Source: an uncultured delta proteobacterium
GTDB taxonomy: Bacteria; Desulfobacterota; Binatia; UBA9968
Direction: 5' to 3'
Length of the DNA stretch: 64,000 nucleotides
Assembly: GCA_963771465.1 (NCBI GenBank)
Contig: CAVYTU010000014.1
Coordinates: forward strand, 96,001 to 160,000
Position numbers and translations under genes: made by a program. Within the stretch, counting starts at the first letter, position 1. Every line of letters begins with the position of its first letter. Below are positions 1 to 9,446 of this stretch, in pieces. Under the pieces are notes generated by a model. That model was given only the letters and a program-made list of their open reading frames with translations, ran no database searches and had not been told where the DNA came from.

Positions 1-651
1 CTGGCCGTAATACTTCGGGTCGGTGTAAAATTTCTCCGCATCCCATTTCTTTTGCGCCGCCTCGTCGAAATCCGGGTTGGGAAACAAACGCAAACCGACG
101 ATCCCGGTGGCGTAACCGTAATAAGAACCCACCGGCAGATTCTTGCCGCGCGCGCCGATCTTCACGCCGGGATACTTTTGCTCGTTCTCGAACGGATCGG
201 CCGGGCAATCCTTGCCGCGCGTGTCGAGCCACAAACCGAACCGATCGGAACGCGGCCCGTTCGCCTTCTCGAAGCAGGGCTCGTTGACGACGCCGAGATA
301 TTCCCAGCGTTTGTCGCGAGTCAGATGCGGCATCTTGGGGTGTGACGAGATAATTTTTAATAGATCGACGACACCGAAACTCTTGTTGACCAAGTGATCC
401 CAGAAGCGATCGTTGCCGCCGCTCCAAACGATCCAGTTATTGCGTCCTTTGACCTCGTCGGCGGTCAGCGCAACGCCGCCGTCCATGGCTTTGAAATAAT
501 CCTCGTCGGCCGCCGGAAAACTTTTCGCGTCGCGCCCGACTACGAGCGCTTCATCCTTCACAGTGCCAAACTCCGGCTTAGACTTACCGCATCCGGTGAC
601 AGCCACAATCGCCAGAAAAAACAGCCAAGCTGCCGACAATCGTAAATTCAT
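1..651 (-). CDS. Exported/lipoprotein hypothetical protein of the cytochrome c cluster (5' part; runs off window edge)
   Basis: Not in the ORF track (no stop in window). Manual translation from ATG 651: MNLRLSAAWLFFLAIVAVTGCGKSKPEFG...WIVWSGGNDRFWD...GLRLFPNPDFD. Lipobox-like VTGC; AGGAG RBS upstream; co-oriented with two di-heme genes. Confidence 0.8.
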   Translation of the reverse strand, partial: MNLRLSAAWLFFLAIVAVTGCGKSKPEFGTVKDEALVVGRDAKSFPAADEDYFKAMDGGVALTADEVKGRNNWIVWSGGNDRFWDHLVNKSFGVVDLLKIISSHPKMPHLTRDKRWEYLGVVNEPCFEKANGPRSDRFGLWLDTRGKDCPADPFENEQKYPGVKIGARGKNLPVGSYYGYATGIVGLRLFPNPDFDEAAQKKWDAEKFYTDPKYYGQ

Positions 652-727
652 CGTCCCCAAACTCCTTCCCATACGTCGGTTCCCCATCACGGTCGAAAGC
701 GATTTATTCAAGCATCAATCGACAACG

Positions 728-2191
728 TCACATCGTCTTGAGATATTCGATGAGCGCGTCTTTATCCTTGGCAGGTAGATTGGTGCCATATTCATGGCCG
801 TGATTGCCGCTAGCGCGTTCGCTGACGTCAAATTTGGTCCCCACCCGTTGCGCTTCCGCTCCTTGGGTGACGAAACCGACATCGCCGGGATCGTAGACAT
901 CATAACCGCGATAAAATATTTTCGGCCGTTCGGCAACGGGCTTGAGCATATCGCGCAGGGTCGGCACCGAGCCGTTGTGCAGGTAGGGCGCGCGCAGCCA
1001 AATCCCATCGAGAAAGGCGGCGATATAGCCGCTCGGCTCGATCTCAACGAGGCCTTTTCGCTCGATGCCGAAACTTTTTACCATCTTGTTGGAATCGATC
1101 GCCGCCTGTTTGCTCCAGGTCGCTAAGCGCTCTTTGTCCGTGCCAACTTCTTCCACCGGTACACGCGTGCCCGTGCGGTCGCTGCGATGACAGCTGGCAC
1201 AATTGTGATCGAATACTGTTTTGCCGGCAGCGGCTAGTTCTTGATCGATTGGAAATGGATATTTAGGCGCCGGCACTTCACTGAGATATTTTACCAGCCA
1301 ATCGACCTGGGTGAGAAACTCAGCGCGGTCTTTCGGCTCGGCGCTGAGCAGACCGAGCGCGGAGTCGATGATCACCGAGCGTGCGTCATGGCTGTCGCCG
1401 GCGAGATTCATCAGCATGCCTTTTTCTGGTTGGTACTTTTTGAGATTCCACACCGACGGCATATCCGTTGGACCGATGCTGTTATCCATCGGCGCGTTAA
1501 GCAAGAAATATTTAGTCAAATTCATCGCGTCATCGCGGCCGCGGCCCCACAGAGGGAAATCCTTATGGTAGACCCATTTGAACTGCGCCTCGCGCTCCAT
1601 CAGGCGTTTCTTGGTAATCGGAATCAGCAGGTAGCGGTAAATCAAGCGATCGAGAAACGGCAATTCGTAAACCAGCGCGATCTCGCGCATGATCTCGTCC
1701 GCATTGAAGCGCGGGTCTTTGGCGCAGTCGACGACGAAACGAAAAAATGCCTGCAGGTCAAGCGTGTGGTTGGGTCCGGTGGCGACGAAGACCGGATTCT
1801 CGTTGGGACTCTTGCGGTAGCTCGCCGTGTGGCAAGAAGCGCAGTTATTAGCGACCCGCGGAAAGCCGATGACCTTCTTGGTGAAACCGATGGGCAACTC
1901 CTGCCCTTGCTCCCACGCGACTCCTAATGATGCGTAACCGCCCGGGCCGGGAAGTTTTTCCGGAAACATCCGCGGCAGCACGAAAAATATCCAGTACGGG
2001 ATGCCGGCGTCATTTTCAGCGCCGATGGAACCGTACTTGAAGCGCATTTCCGCAGTGGCCGTCACCCAATCGGGCTGCGCTTCTTCACGGAAGAACTTGT
2101 ACCAGCCGATGGCAGCGCCGACGGCGCCGAATAGAATTAGAAGGGCGAGGCAGATTTTCCATACGGACATTTTCTTTCCCGCATCAGCCAT
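728..2191 (-). CDS. Di-heme cytochrome c, RoxA/MauG/CcP-like superfamily, N-terminal membrane anchor
   Basis: Two CxxCH motifs (NCASCH twice), WLRAPYLHNGSVPTL motif, N-terminal hydrophobic helix, GGAGG RBS. Confidence 0.85.
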   Translation of the reverse strand: MADAGKKMSVWKICLALLILFGAVGAAIGWYKFFREEAQPDWVTATAEMRFKYGSIGAENDAGIPYWIFFVLPRMFPEKLPGPGGYASLGVAWEQGQELPIGFTKKVIGFPRVANNCASCHTASYRKSPNENPVFVATGPNHTLDLQAFFRFVVDCAKDPRFNADEIMREIALVYELPFLDRLIYRYLLIPITKKRLMEREAQFKWVYHKDFPLWGRGRDDAMNLTKYFLLNAPMDNSIGPTDMPSVWNLKKYQPEKGMLMNLAGDSHDARSVIIDSALGLLSAEPKDRAEFLTQVDWLVKYLSEVPAPKYPFPIDQELAAAGKTVFDHNCASCHRSDRTGTRVPVEEVGTDKERLATWSKQAAIDSNKMVKSFGIERKGLVEIEPSGYIAAFLDGIWLRAPYLHNGSVPTLRDMLKPVAERPKIFYRGYDVYDPGDVGFVTQGAEAQRVGTKFDVSERASGNHGHEYGTNLPAKDKDALIEYLKTM

Positions 2192-2230
2192 TTTACCTCC
2201 GTGTCATTCCCGTCAGGGCCAACCCACGGC

Positions 2231-3760
2231 TCAAAACGTTTTGAGATATTCAACCAGCGCGTCTTTTTCCGCGGGCGTCAGCTCGGTGCCGTAACCTTTG
2301 CCCTCATGCCCTTTGTTGGAATTGCCCGGTTGTTTGATTTCGTCGGTATCGTAAAGAAAATATTTCTTGCCTTGCTCCGCCGCCACATCTGCAACGAAGC
2401 CGACCCTCTTTTGATCATAGACGTCGTAACCGCGATAAAATGTCTTGGGCCGCTTATCGCTCGGCTCCAGCAAATCGCGCAAGGTTGGCACCGAGCCGTT
2501 GTGCAAATACGGCGAGCGCAACCAAAGACCGTCGAGGGGACTGTTGGCATAACCGAAGGTCTTGCGGAAATGGCTGAAACGCTCAGCGCCGTAACCGGCA
2601 AAAATTAGGTTTTGATTGACCGCGACATCGTAGGTGTAGGAATCGAGTCGGCGCGTGTCAGTCGCGATCTCGCTGATCGGCACGACTTTCCCGGCCAATT
2701 CGCCGCGGAAGTCTTTGCCGTCGGCGCCATGACAGCCGGCACAGTAATTTTTGTAGATCGGCGCACCCTGGCCGGCTAAATTTTTATCTATTTTGAACGG
2801 ATAGGGCGGCGCATCGAGTTTACGCAACCAATCGGCGACCCGTTGCAAACTGCGCCGATCGCCGGTCGGCGGCGTGATGCCGGTGCCCATCGCCGCGCTG
2901 CGATTGCGCTCCTCCAGCGAAACGTTGTTGCCGTCCCAATGTAAGTTCATTTTCAAGCTCTCGCGCTGGCCCTGGTTCCAAATCGACGGGAAATCCGTAG
3001 TGCCGATGATTTCTTGGGGCGATAATTGCTCCGGCGGAAAGCTGAAATAGACTTTCAGCGGGTTGAAGGTGTCTACTCTTCCCGGTCCCCATTCCGGCTG
3101 CTGTTTGATGAATTCGAGGCGGTCGCGCAACGTGAGCAAACGTTCGCGCATGTAGTAGATACCGTAGAATCGCAGCACCAAACGATCGATCAGCGGCGTT
3201 TTGCCGAGTCCCTCACGTTTTCGAATAATGTCGATCTGGCGCAGTATATCCTGCGGCGTGAAGCGGCGGTCTTCACCGGTGGCAAACAGGAATCGCATGA
3301 AGCCGCGGAAATCGAAAGTATTGGCCGGCATGGCGGCATAAACTTTCGGCTCGCTCTGCGGCGTTTCGCGCACCGTGCCGGCGTGGCAAAAGGCACAATT
3401 GAGCCAGACCACGTCGAAGCCTAGATAGCGGCGCTGGGACATGCCGACCGGCAGCTGTTTGCCCTTCTCGAAAACGAACCCGACCGACTGCCAGCCGCTT
3501 TTATCGCCAGGTAGCTTATCGCGAAACAGTTCTGGCAGCGCCCGCCAAATCCAGTAAGGAATGCCGAACTCATGCTCACTGCCGAGCGAACCGTATTTGA
3601 AGTGATCGAGATCGTCGCGATACTCAACCGGCCGATCGGCGCCAAAGCGGCCGACGAGCACAAGCACTACGATAGAAGCTACAGCAAGAATTATTGTAGC
3701 GGAAAGTCCGAAGCGATAAAAAAAACGCTGGGATGCCGACATCGAGTTGTTATTCTCCAT
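2231..3760 (-). CDS. Di-heme cytochrome c, paralog of 728-2191
   Basis: CAFCH and CAGCH, WLRSPYLHNGSVPTL, shared FKYGS.G.E...GIPYWI start and KxALxEYLKT end. Confidence 0.85.
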   Translation of the reverse strand: MENNNSMSASQRFFYRFGLSATIILAVASIVVLVLVGRFGADRPVEYRDDLDHFKYGSLGSEHEFGIPYWIWRALPELFRDKLPGDKSGWQSVGFVFEKGKQLPVGMSQRRYLGFDVVWLNCAFCHAGTVRETPQSEPKVYAAMPANTFDFRGFMRFLFATGEDRRFTPQDILRQIDIIRKREGLGKTPLIDRLVLRFYGIYYMRERLLTLRDRLEFIKQQPEWGPGRVDTFNPLKVYFSFPPEQLSPQEIIGTTDFPSIWNQGQRESLKMNLHWDGNNVSLEERNRSAAMGTGITPPTGDRRSLQRVADWLRKLDAPPYPFKIDKNLAGQGAPIYKNYCAGCHGADGKDFRGELAGKVVPISEIATDTRRLDSYTYDVAVNQNLIFAGYGAERFSHFRKTFGYANSPLDGLWLRSPYLHNGSVPTLRDLLEPSDKRPKTFYRGYDVYDQKRVGFVADVAAEQGKKYFLYDTDEIKQPGNSNKGHEGKGYGTELTPAEKDALVEYLKTF

Positions 3761-3934
3761 GAGCCGTCAGCCTCCGTCGGGCGTAATACACACCTGCAAC
3801 ACACGATTACTATCACCGTCGACGATCGAACTTAGCGCTGCTCCAAGCAAATGAACCGCCGGCACTTGATCATCGCGTGGCCGTAATAGGCCAAACCGCA
3901 ACCCGTAAGACGGCCTTGCGAAGAGGAATTTAAT

Positions 3935-4378
3935 CTAATACGTCGCTTGAAATTTCAGCGCAAAATCGATCAGCCGAGTCTTGTCCCAGTAAACTTTTCC
4001 CAGGTAAAGACCGGGCTCAATCTGGCGAATCTCGTCGCGTATCCACTGCGCGACGATCGAAGTATCCGAGTAATCGAGGACGATGCACTCTTTGCCGTCG
4101 AGCCAACTCGGCCCTTTGTAGACCTTGGCAAGAATCGCATTGAGCCCGAAAGGAAGAATCTTGTTTTTCAGCACGCCTTTTTTGGCGTCGAAGACTTTTC
4201 CTTGCCAGGCGAAGTGGCTGACGAAGCGCGCGATATTCGAACTGAACGCCGTGCCGGGAGCGACGATCGCGGTGCCTTCGGCTTCGCCGTCGGGAATATT
4301 GCCCACCTGACTGTTGGTGAAAATCGAGTCAAGTTCCGCTTGGGAAAGCGTTAGGAGTTTCGCAACATCGTAGGCCAT
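3935..4378 (-). CDS. Conserved hypothetical protein (WQGKVF...LDYS...IRDEIR...YLGK type)
   Basis: GAGGAG RBS before ATG 4378 (MAYDVAKLL); natural protein composition; first gene of the cytochrome cluster. Confidence 0.75.
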   Translation of the reverse strand: MAYDVAKLLTLSQAELDSIFTNSQVGNIPDGEAEGTAIVAPGTAFSSNIARFVSHFAWQGKVFDAKKGVLKNKILPFGLNAILAKVYKGPSWLDGKECIVLDYSDTSIVAQWIRDEIRQIEPGLYLGKVYWDKTRLIDFALKFQATY

Positions 4379-4580
4379 TGGAATGCCCTCCTCATTTCGC
4401 GCGACGAATTTTAACCTGAGTAAACGAAATTTGACAAAATTAATTTCACATAACCATGTGCAATTCGTCAAGAAAAATCTATGATCAATGTTCGTCAACG
4501 AAATAAAAATTGCGCCAATGGCATCCGATGCAATTGCGCAATCTCGTCGATTTTGTCAGATTAGAAACAACCGAAGTCCA

Positions 4581-4790
4581 ATGGGAACAAAAACAGCAAT
4601 CCTTTCCATCGCCGACTTAAAAAACGAGAACCTTCCCGTTCTTCGCGACGCGTTCAACGCCGTTCCCGGAGTCGTGAAGATCGATTTCAACATCGAACGC
4701 AGCGTCGCCGTCCTCGACTTCGACCCGAGCCAATCCCACATCGATGATTTTTTGCGCGCAGCGTTAAAGGCCGGATTTCAGGTGCTGTAG
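4581..4790 (+). CDS. Small HMA/ferredoxin-fold-like protein lacking the CxxC metal motif
   Basis: 69 aa with VPGVVKIDF...A.LDFDP...AALKAGF pattern typical of HMA domains; no Cys. Confidence 0.6.
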   Translation: MGTKTAILSIADLKNENLPVLRDAFNAVPGVVKIDFNIERSVAVLDFDPSQSHIDDFLRAALKAGFQVL

Positions 4791-4904
4791 TACTTCGAAG
4801 GTGGAGGGTCGAGGATAGAAATTATCTATTCTCCATTTTTTCATTCTCCACTCTCGACACGAGTGTGACCCCACGATTGCGTTATCGCGATAACCTAGTG
4901 TAAG

Positions 4905-5100
4905 GGTGAGATCGGCAAACCGACTCACCGGAGGTAAAATTATTTGCGGCTCGCGTGACCTCGATGGTACTGATCAGGTAAGGTTACCGCGAGCCACGCC
5001 ATCCAACCGAGCCCATTAAGTCTGACTCCGCTCTGGCGTCAATCTCGACGCACAATTTCGAGCCCGAACGGTTTCAAACCGCGCGGGCTATTTTGTTTTC
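4905..5100 (+). ncRNA. Candidate structured non-coding RNA or leader, unassigned
   Basis: Consecutive hairpins GGTGAG-TCGG/CCGA-CTCACC, GGCTCGCG..CGCGAGCC, ACGCCA..TGGCGT, then AGCCCG..CGGGCT followed by a T-rich tail; no credible ORF. Confidence 0.4.
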
Positions 5101-5171
5101 TCAGAAGCGAATTCGGAAGTGGCCTTTTGTCCGCTGTTGTAAAAAGTTCACGCAAATTGGGAGAGAAGCAT

Positions 5172-5236
5172 GTGAATAAAAAACTACTGACATGGACAGA
5201 ATTCTGAAGGGCACAAAGCGCGCCGTGATCAAGTGA
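5172..5236 (+). pseudogene. Miniature internally deleted relic of an ABC_sub_bind paralog
   Basis: GTG AAT AAA AAA start-like piece, then GACAGAATTCTGAAGGGCACAAAG (DRILKGTK), then GTGATCAAGTGA (VIK*), matching the ends of the neighbouring paralogs. Confidence 0.6.
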
Positions 5237-5282
5237 TAGAGGTCAGAGATCAGAAGTCAGGTGTCGCGAGGAGAGAGATTGC

Positions 5283-6262
5283 ATGAGTAAAAGGGTAATG
5301 CGTCTTGCGGTTAGCTCCATGCTCTTCGCGCTTAGCGTGTCCGCCGAAGCGCAGCAGTCAGGGAAAATTCACCGCATCGGTTTCCTGGATGCCAGCACTG
5401 CTTCTGGTAGTGCGGCGCTCGTGGAGGTGTTCCGCGAGGAGATGCGCAAGCTTGGGTGGATTGAGGGAAAAAATCTCACCATTGAGTACCGATTTGCCGA
5501 GCAAAAGCGTGAGCGTGTCCCTGAACTTGCGACGGATCTGGTTCGTCTTAAGGTTGATCTAATTGTGGTCACAGGGGCACCACAGACGTTGGCGGCGAAG
5601 AAAGCGACTACGACCATCCCCATCGTAATGGTCAGCGTTGGCGACCCCGTGGGTTTAGGTTTGATTTCCAGCCTGGCGCGGCCGGGAGGCAATGTCACCG
5701 GCTTTGCGAGTTTATCACCCGAGCTAAATACGAAGAGATTGGAGATACTTAAGGACGCGGTCCCAAAGCTAACTCGAGTTGGACTTCTGATGCAGCAGGA
5801 AAGCGGCCTACACCAACTGAAAGAGCTTAGGGCTGCGGCTGTGGCTTTGAAGCTCAAATTGGAAGAGATAGACACTCCCTTCGACGCCAAAGGTTTGGAG
5901 CGCGCTTTTCAAACTGCAAGCGAAAGCAGGTAGGCGCAGTTATGACGCCCACCAGTCGCCAATTTTTCGCCGAACGAAAGCGGATCGTCGAGCTTGCCTG
6001 AAACACCGCTTGCCGGCTATATATTTTCAGAAGGAGTTTGTCGATGAGGGCGGCCTCATGTCCTACGGCGAGGATTACGCTGACCTGTTCCGCCGCTCCG
6101 CCCATTACGTCGATAAGATTCCTCAAGGGAACGAAACCTGCCGATCTGCCCGTACAACAGGCGACGAAGTTTGAATTCATCATCAACCTCAAGGCGGCAA
6201 AACAAATTGGTCATACGATTCCAGTCGAATTGCTCGCGCGGGCGAATCAAGTGATCAAATAA
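5283..6262 (+). CDS. ABC transporter substrate-binding protein (ABC_sub_bind/DUF534-type), frameshifted as assembled
   Basis: [50 protein letters not shown] motifs spread over frames; about three single-base indels at homopolymers (~5918, ~5998, ~6121). Confidence 0.85.
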
Positions 6263-6318
6263 CATGTTGGATTGAGATTGTATCTGAGGACAAGGACGTA
6301 AAGAATTTGAAGACTGCG

Positions 6319-7346
6319 ATGGGTGTTCAATCCGATTATCTAAAATCGAAAATTAAAAATCTGAAATTGGCTGGGCTTTCTGCCTCGTTATCGCCTTCGA
6401 GTATTGGCGCAGCGGCGAGGCGCAGCAGCCGAAGAAAGTTCCGCGGATAGGGTATCTATCGTCGGGCGATCCAGCTAGTGAGTCCACCCGTGCCGAGGCA
6501 ATTCGGCTGGCTCTGCGCGAGCGTGGCTACATAGAAGGACAGAACATCGCCATCGAGTACCGATATGCGGAGGGGAAGCTCGATCGGCTCCCTGAGCTTG
6601 CGGCCGAGCTGGTGCGTCTCAAGGTTGATATCATCGTGGTAGCAGGAGGGAGCCATACTGATCCGGGCGGCCAAGAATGCGACCAAGACGATTCCCATCG
6701 TTATGGCGGGCGCTGGGGTCGATCCTGTCGAGGCAGGCCTAATTGAAAGCCTTGCCCGTCCCGGCGGCAACGTCACCGGCCTTACAAACCTTGACAGAGA
6801 ACTAGGCGGTAAGCGGCTGGAGCTGTTCAAAGAAGCCGTTCCCAAACTTGCCCGTGTCGCGGTTCTCTACGATCCGGCCATTCCGGCCACTGTACGCGAG
6901 GTGAAAGAGGTTCTCCCAGTCGCGGCGCGCGCGCTGGGGTTGACTCTTCAGCCTTGGGAGGTACGAGATGCGGACGATTTCGAGAAGGTATTCGCTGCGC
7001 TAAACAAGCAGCGCCCGGATGGACTCTACGTGCTCGGCGGCCCGCTAATAAGTACTAACCAAAAGCGGATTGTGGGCTTTGCGTTAAAGAGCCGGTTACC
7101 GTCGATGTACAACAACAGAGAAGCTGTAGATGCCGGTGGGCTCATGTCCTACGGGGCGGACCAAGCGGAGAGCTACCGGCGCGTCGCATATTACGTGGAC
7201 AGAATCCTGAAGGGAGCCAAGCCTGCCGACTGCCGGTCGAGCAGCCGATGAAGTTCGAACTGGTGTTCAATCTCAAGACCGCGAAGCAGATCGGCATCAC
7301 GATTCCGCAGTCGGTGCTCTACCGAGCGGATAAGGTGATCAAGTGA
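6319..7346 (+). CDS. ABC_sub_bind paralog 2, frameshifted as assembled
   Basis: [50 protein letters not shown] in shifting frames; start approximate. Confidence 0.8.
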
Positions 7347-7390
7347 CAGAGATCAGAGATCAGGTTTCAGCAAAAGCGAGGAAAAGATTT

Positions 7391-8377
7391 ATGAGTAAAA
7401 AGGTAATTCGCCTTGCGCTTAGCACCATGCTCTTCGCGCTAAGCTTCTCCGCCGACGCGCAGCAGCCAACGAAAATCCCCCGGATAGGATACCTCACCGG
7501 CACATCCTGGGGCCTTAGCTCAACCCGTATTGACACCCTTCGCCAGGGTCTTCGCGAGCTGGGGTATGTTGAAGGGAAGAATTTCATCATTGAATATCGT
7601 TCTGCCGAGGGAAAGCTCGATCGCTTCCCCGCGCTGGCGGCCGAGCTGGTGCGGCTCAAGGTGGACATCATCGTGTCGGCTGGTCTTGGACCAACCCGTG
7701 CCGCCAAGGACGCGACAGCTACTATTCCCATAGTGATGACCAATGAAGGCGACCCGGTTGGAACCGGGATCGTCGCGAGCCTCGCGCGGCCTGGCGGGAA
7801 TATTACGGGCCTATCCACTCTTGCCCCGGAATTAAGCGGAAAGCGGCTGGAGCTTTTGAAAGAGATCGTACCTAAACTTTCCCGCGTCGCCGCTTTTCGG
7901 ACTTCAACCCAGCCAAGCACCGCACAAACGATACACGAGGTAGAGCTTGCCGCAAAGGAGTTAGGCGTTCAGCTTCAATATCTAGATGTAGTGGATCCCA
8001 AAGACATTGCGGCCGCATTCCGAGCCGCAGGCAAAGGGCGGGCTGAGGCAGGCCTTTGGATGGTGGCAGGCGGCGTCGGTAATGTTCACCAAACACAGGT
8101 CGTAGAACTTGCGGTGAAGGGTCGGCTCCCGGTGATATACCAGAGTCCCAGATTGGTCGAAGCCGGGGGACTAATGACTTACGGCGTGAACCTCAACGAC
8201 TTGGACCGGCGCGCGGCTATTTATGTGGACAAAATTTTGAAAGGCACCAAACCAGCTGACTTGCCCGTGGAGCAGCCGATGAAGTTTGAGTTCGTCGTCA
8301 ATCTGAAAGCCGCAAAGCAGATCGGCCTGACAATTCCGCCGAATGTGTTGGTCAGAGCGGACAAGGTGATCAAGTAG
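7391..8377 (+). CDS. ABC_sub_bind paralog 3, intact
   Basis: Signal peptide, [42 protein letters not shown]. Confidence 0.92.
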   Translation: MSKKVIRLALSTMLFALSFSADAQQPTKIPRIGYLTGTSWGLSSTRIDTLRQGLRELGYVEGKNFIIEYRSAEGKLDRFPALAAELVRLKVDIIVSAGLGPTRAAKDATATIPIVMTNEGDPVGTGIVASLARPGGNITGLSTLAPELSGKRLELLKEIVPKLSRVAAFRTSTQPSTAQTIHEVELAAKELGVQLQYLDVVDPKDIAAAFRAAGKGRAEAGLWMVAGGVGNVHQTQVVELAVKGRLPVIYQSPRLVEAGGLMTYGVNLNDLDRRAAIYVDKILKGTKPADLPVEQPMKFEFVVNLKAAKQIGLTIPPNVLVRADKVIK

Positions 8378-8417
8378 GCAACAGGCGTCAGGTGATGGGT
8401 TGAAATGTAAATTGGCG

Positions 8418-8843
8418 CTAAGAGCCCTCTTGATGCAGAACGGTCACATGTCTTTTGAAGCGATACTGTCGGAAGTGAACGTCAAAAGCGAAAGCATGAT
8501 CAAGCCGGTGATGATCGATCAACGCGAAGCTGGTGCAATCGACAAAGCTAAATTCTTTGTCGTCGTATCGTATAAAAATCGCCCTTGCTGTGTTTTCGAT
8601 GGCGTCGCTCACGTGGAGGACTTTGATCCCCGTCTGATCGAAACGTTTCATGAATCCAACCGCCGCGTCGTGGCTGACTTTGAAGCGGATCAAAGTGTAG
8701 GCTTCGGCAAGGACGAAATTCGATGTTAGGAGCTGAGCGTGAGCTTCGATTAGTTGCGCGTGAACTGACTTGGCAGCGGAATGATAATCGTCGTCTTCGT
8801 CAGCGAGAGCAAGAAACGCTCCGGTATCGAGAAATACCTTCAA
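8418..8843 (-). CDS. vapC: PIN-domain toxin (VapC)
   Basis: VFLDTGAFLAL, TSNFVLAE, SFVDCTSFA, AFAFDVHF: PIN acidic residues; overlaps the upstream antitoxin. Confidence 0.92.
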   Translation of the reverse strand: MKVFLDTGAFLALADEDDDYHSAAKSVHAQLIEAHAQLLTSNFVLAEAYTLIRFKVSHDAAVGFMKRFDQTGIKVLHVSDAIENTARAIFIRYDDKEFSFVDCTSFALIDHHRLDHAFAFDVHFRQYRFKRHVTVLHQEGS

Positions 8844-9118
8844 GGGTTATATTTCTGGCGATAGAGGTAATCGTCGTGATTTTTAGCGAGGTCGTGAGTA
8901 CCGCTCTTAAATAGCCCGACGATACACTGTGCAGGATGAGAGTTGACATCGGCTTGGCGAGTGACTTGCCGGCGCTTGCGCGTTGATTTTGCGACTCGCT
9001 TCAACGGTTTCTCGCTCTCGATCACGGTCAGCTTAACTCTTTGCTTATTTTTGAGGCGAACTTTTTCGAGAGGCTTGAATACTCCGTTCTCATACATCGC
9101 GTTAAAAGCTCTTGCCAT
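8840..9118 (-). CDS. Antitoxin, DUF104/AF2212-like
   Basis: AMYENGVFKPLEKVRL N-terminus and DLAKNHDDYLY C-terminus; 4-bp overlap with the PIN toxin. Confidence 0.85.
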   Translation of the reverse strand: MARAFNAMYENGVFKPLEKVRLKNKQRVKLTVIESEKPLKRVAKSTRKRRQVTRQADVNSHPAQCIVGLFKSGTHDLAKNHDDYLYRQKYNP

Positions 9119-9233
9119 GAGTGACCTCGTTGGAATAGGAAATTGCGTGAATCAAAGTCTATAGACCGGTCCTGGCTCTGTCAAATACAACGGGGCCATA
9201 ATGCTCTGACGGTCGAGAATAAAAACATCGGGG

Positions 9234-9294
9234 GCAGATCGGCCTGACGATGCCGCCGAATGTGCTGGTGAGAGCGGATAAGGTGATCAGGTAA
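9234..9294 (+). repeat. 61-bp direct repeat of the 3' end of the ABC_sub_bind gene (8317-8377)
   Basis: Hand alignment 54/61 identical, no gaps; encodes QIGLTMPPNVLVRADKVIR*. Confidence 0.9.
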
Positions 9295-9446
9295 CACGAA
9301 CTGGACGACGACTCGACCAGAGAGCGGTGCTAAAGGTGGGGTTTCGGTGCTGTAAGAATTTGAATGCGGTCGACGATGGAGGAGATCGATCGAGGATGGC
9401 GATTTCGATCCTCTATCTTCCACCCTCGATCATCGGCCCGCTCTGA

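Noticed and set aside
4905-5030. c-di-GMP-I (GGCAAAC) or fluoride (GATGG..TGACTCC) riboswitch
   Set aside because: Only isolated words match; spacing and the other conserved elements do not fit either consensus.
5990-6010. TGA in SBP paralog 1 as selenocysteine
   Set aside because: It arises from a single-base deletion, is not at a Cys position, and the frame shifts afterwards.
5283-7346. Frameshifted SBP paralogs as true pseudogenes or phase-variable genes
   Set aside because: Most indels are single bases in 2-4-nt homopolymers with otherwise intact coding sequence, typical of long-read consensus error; undecidable without reads.
9181-9423. 80-aa minus-strand ORF, and similar 6056-6265 and 33173-33436 ORFs
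   Set aside because: Antisense shadows of SBP 3' ends, heptamer repeats or the attC site; no independent coding signal.
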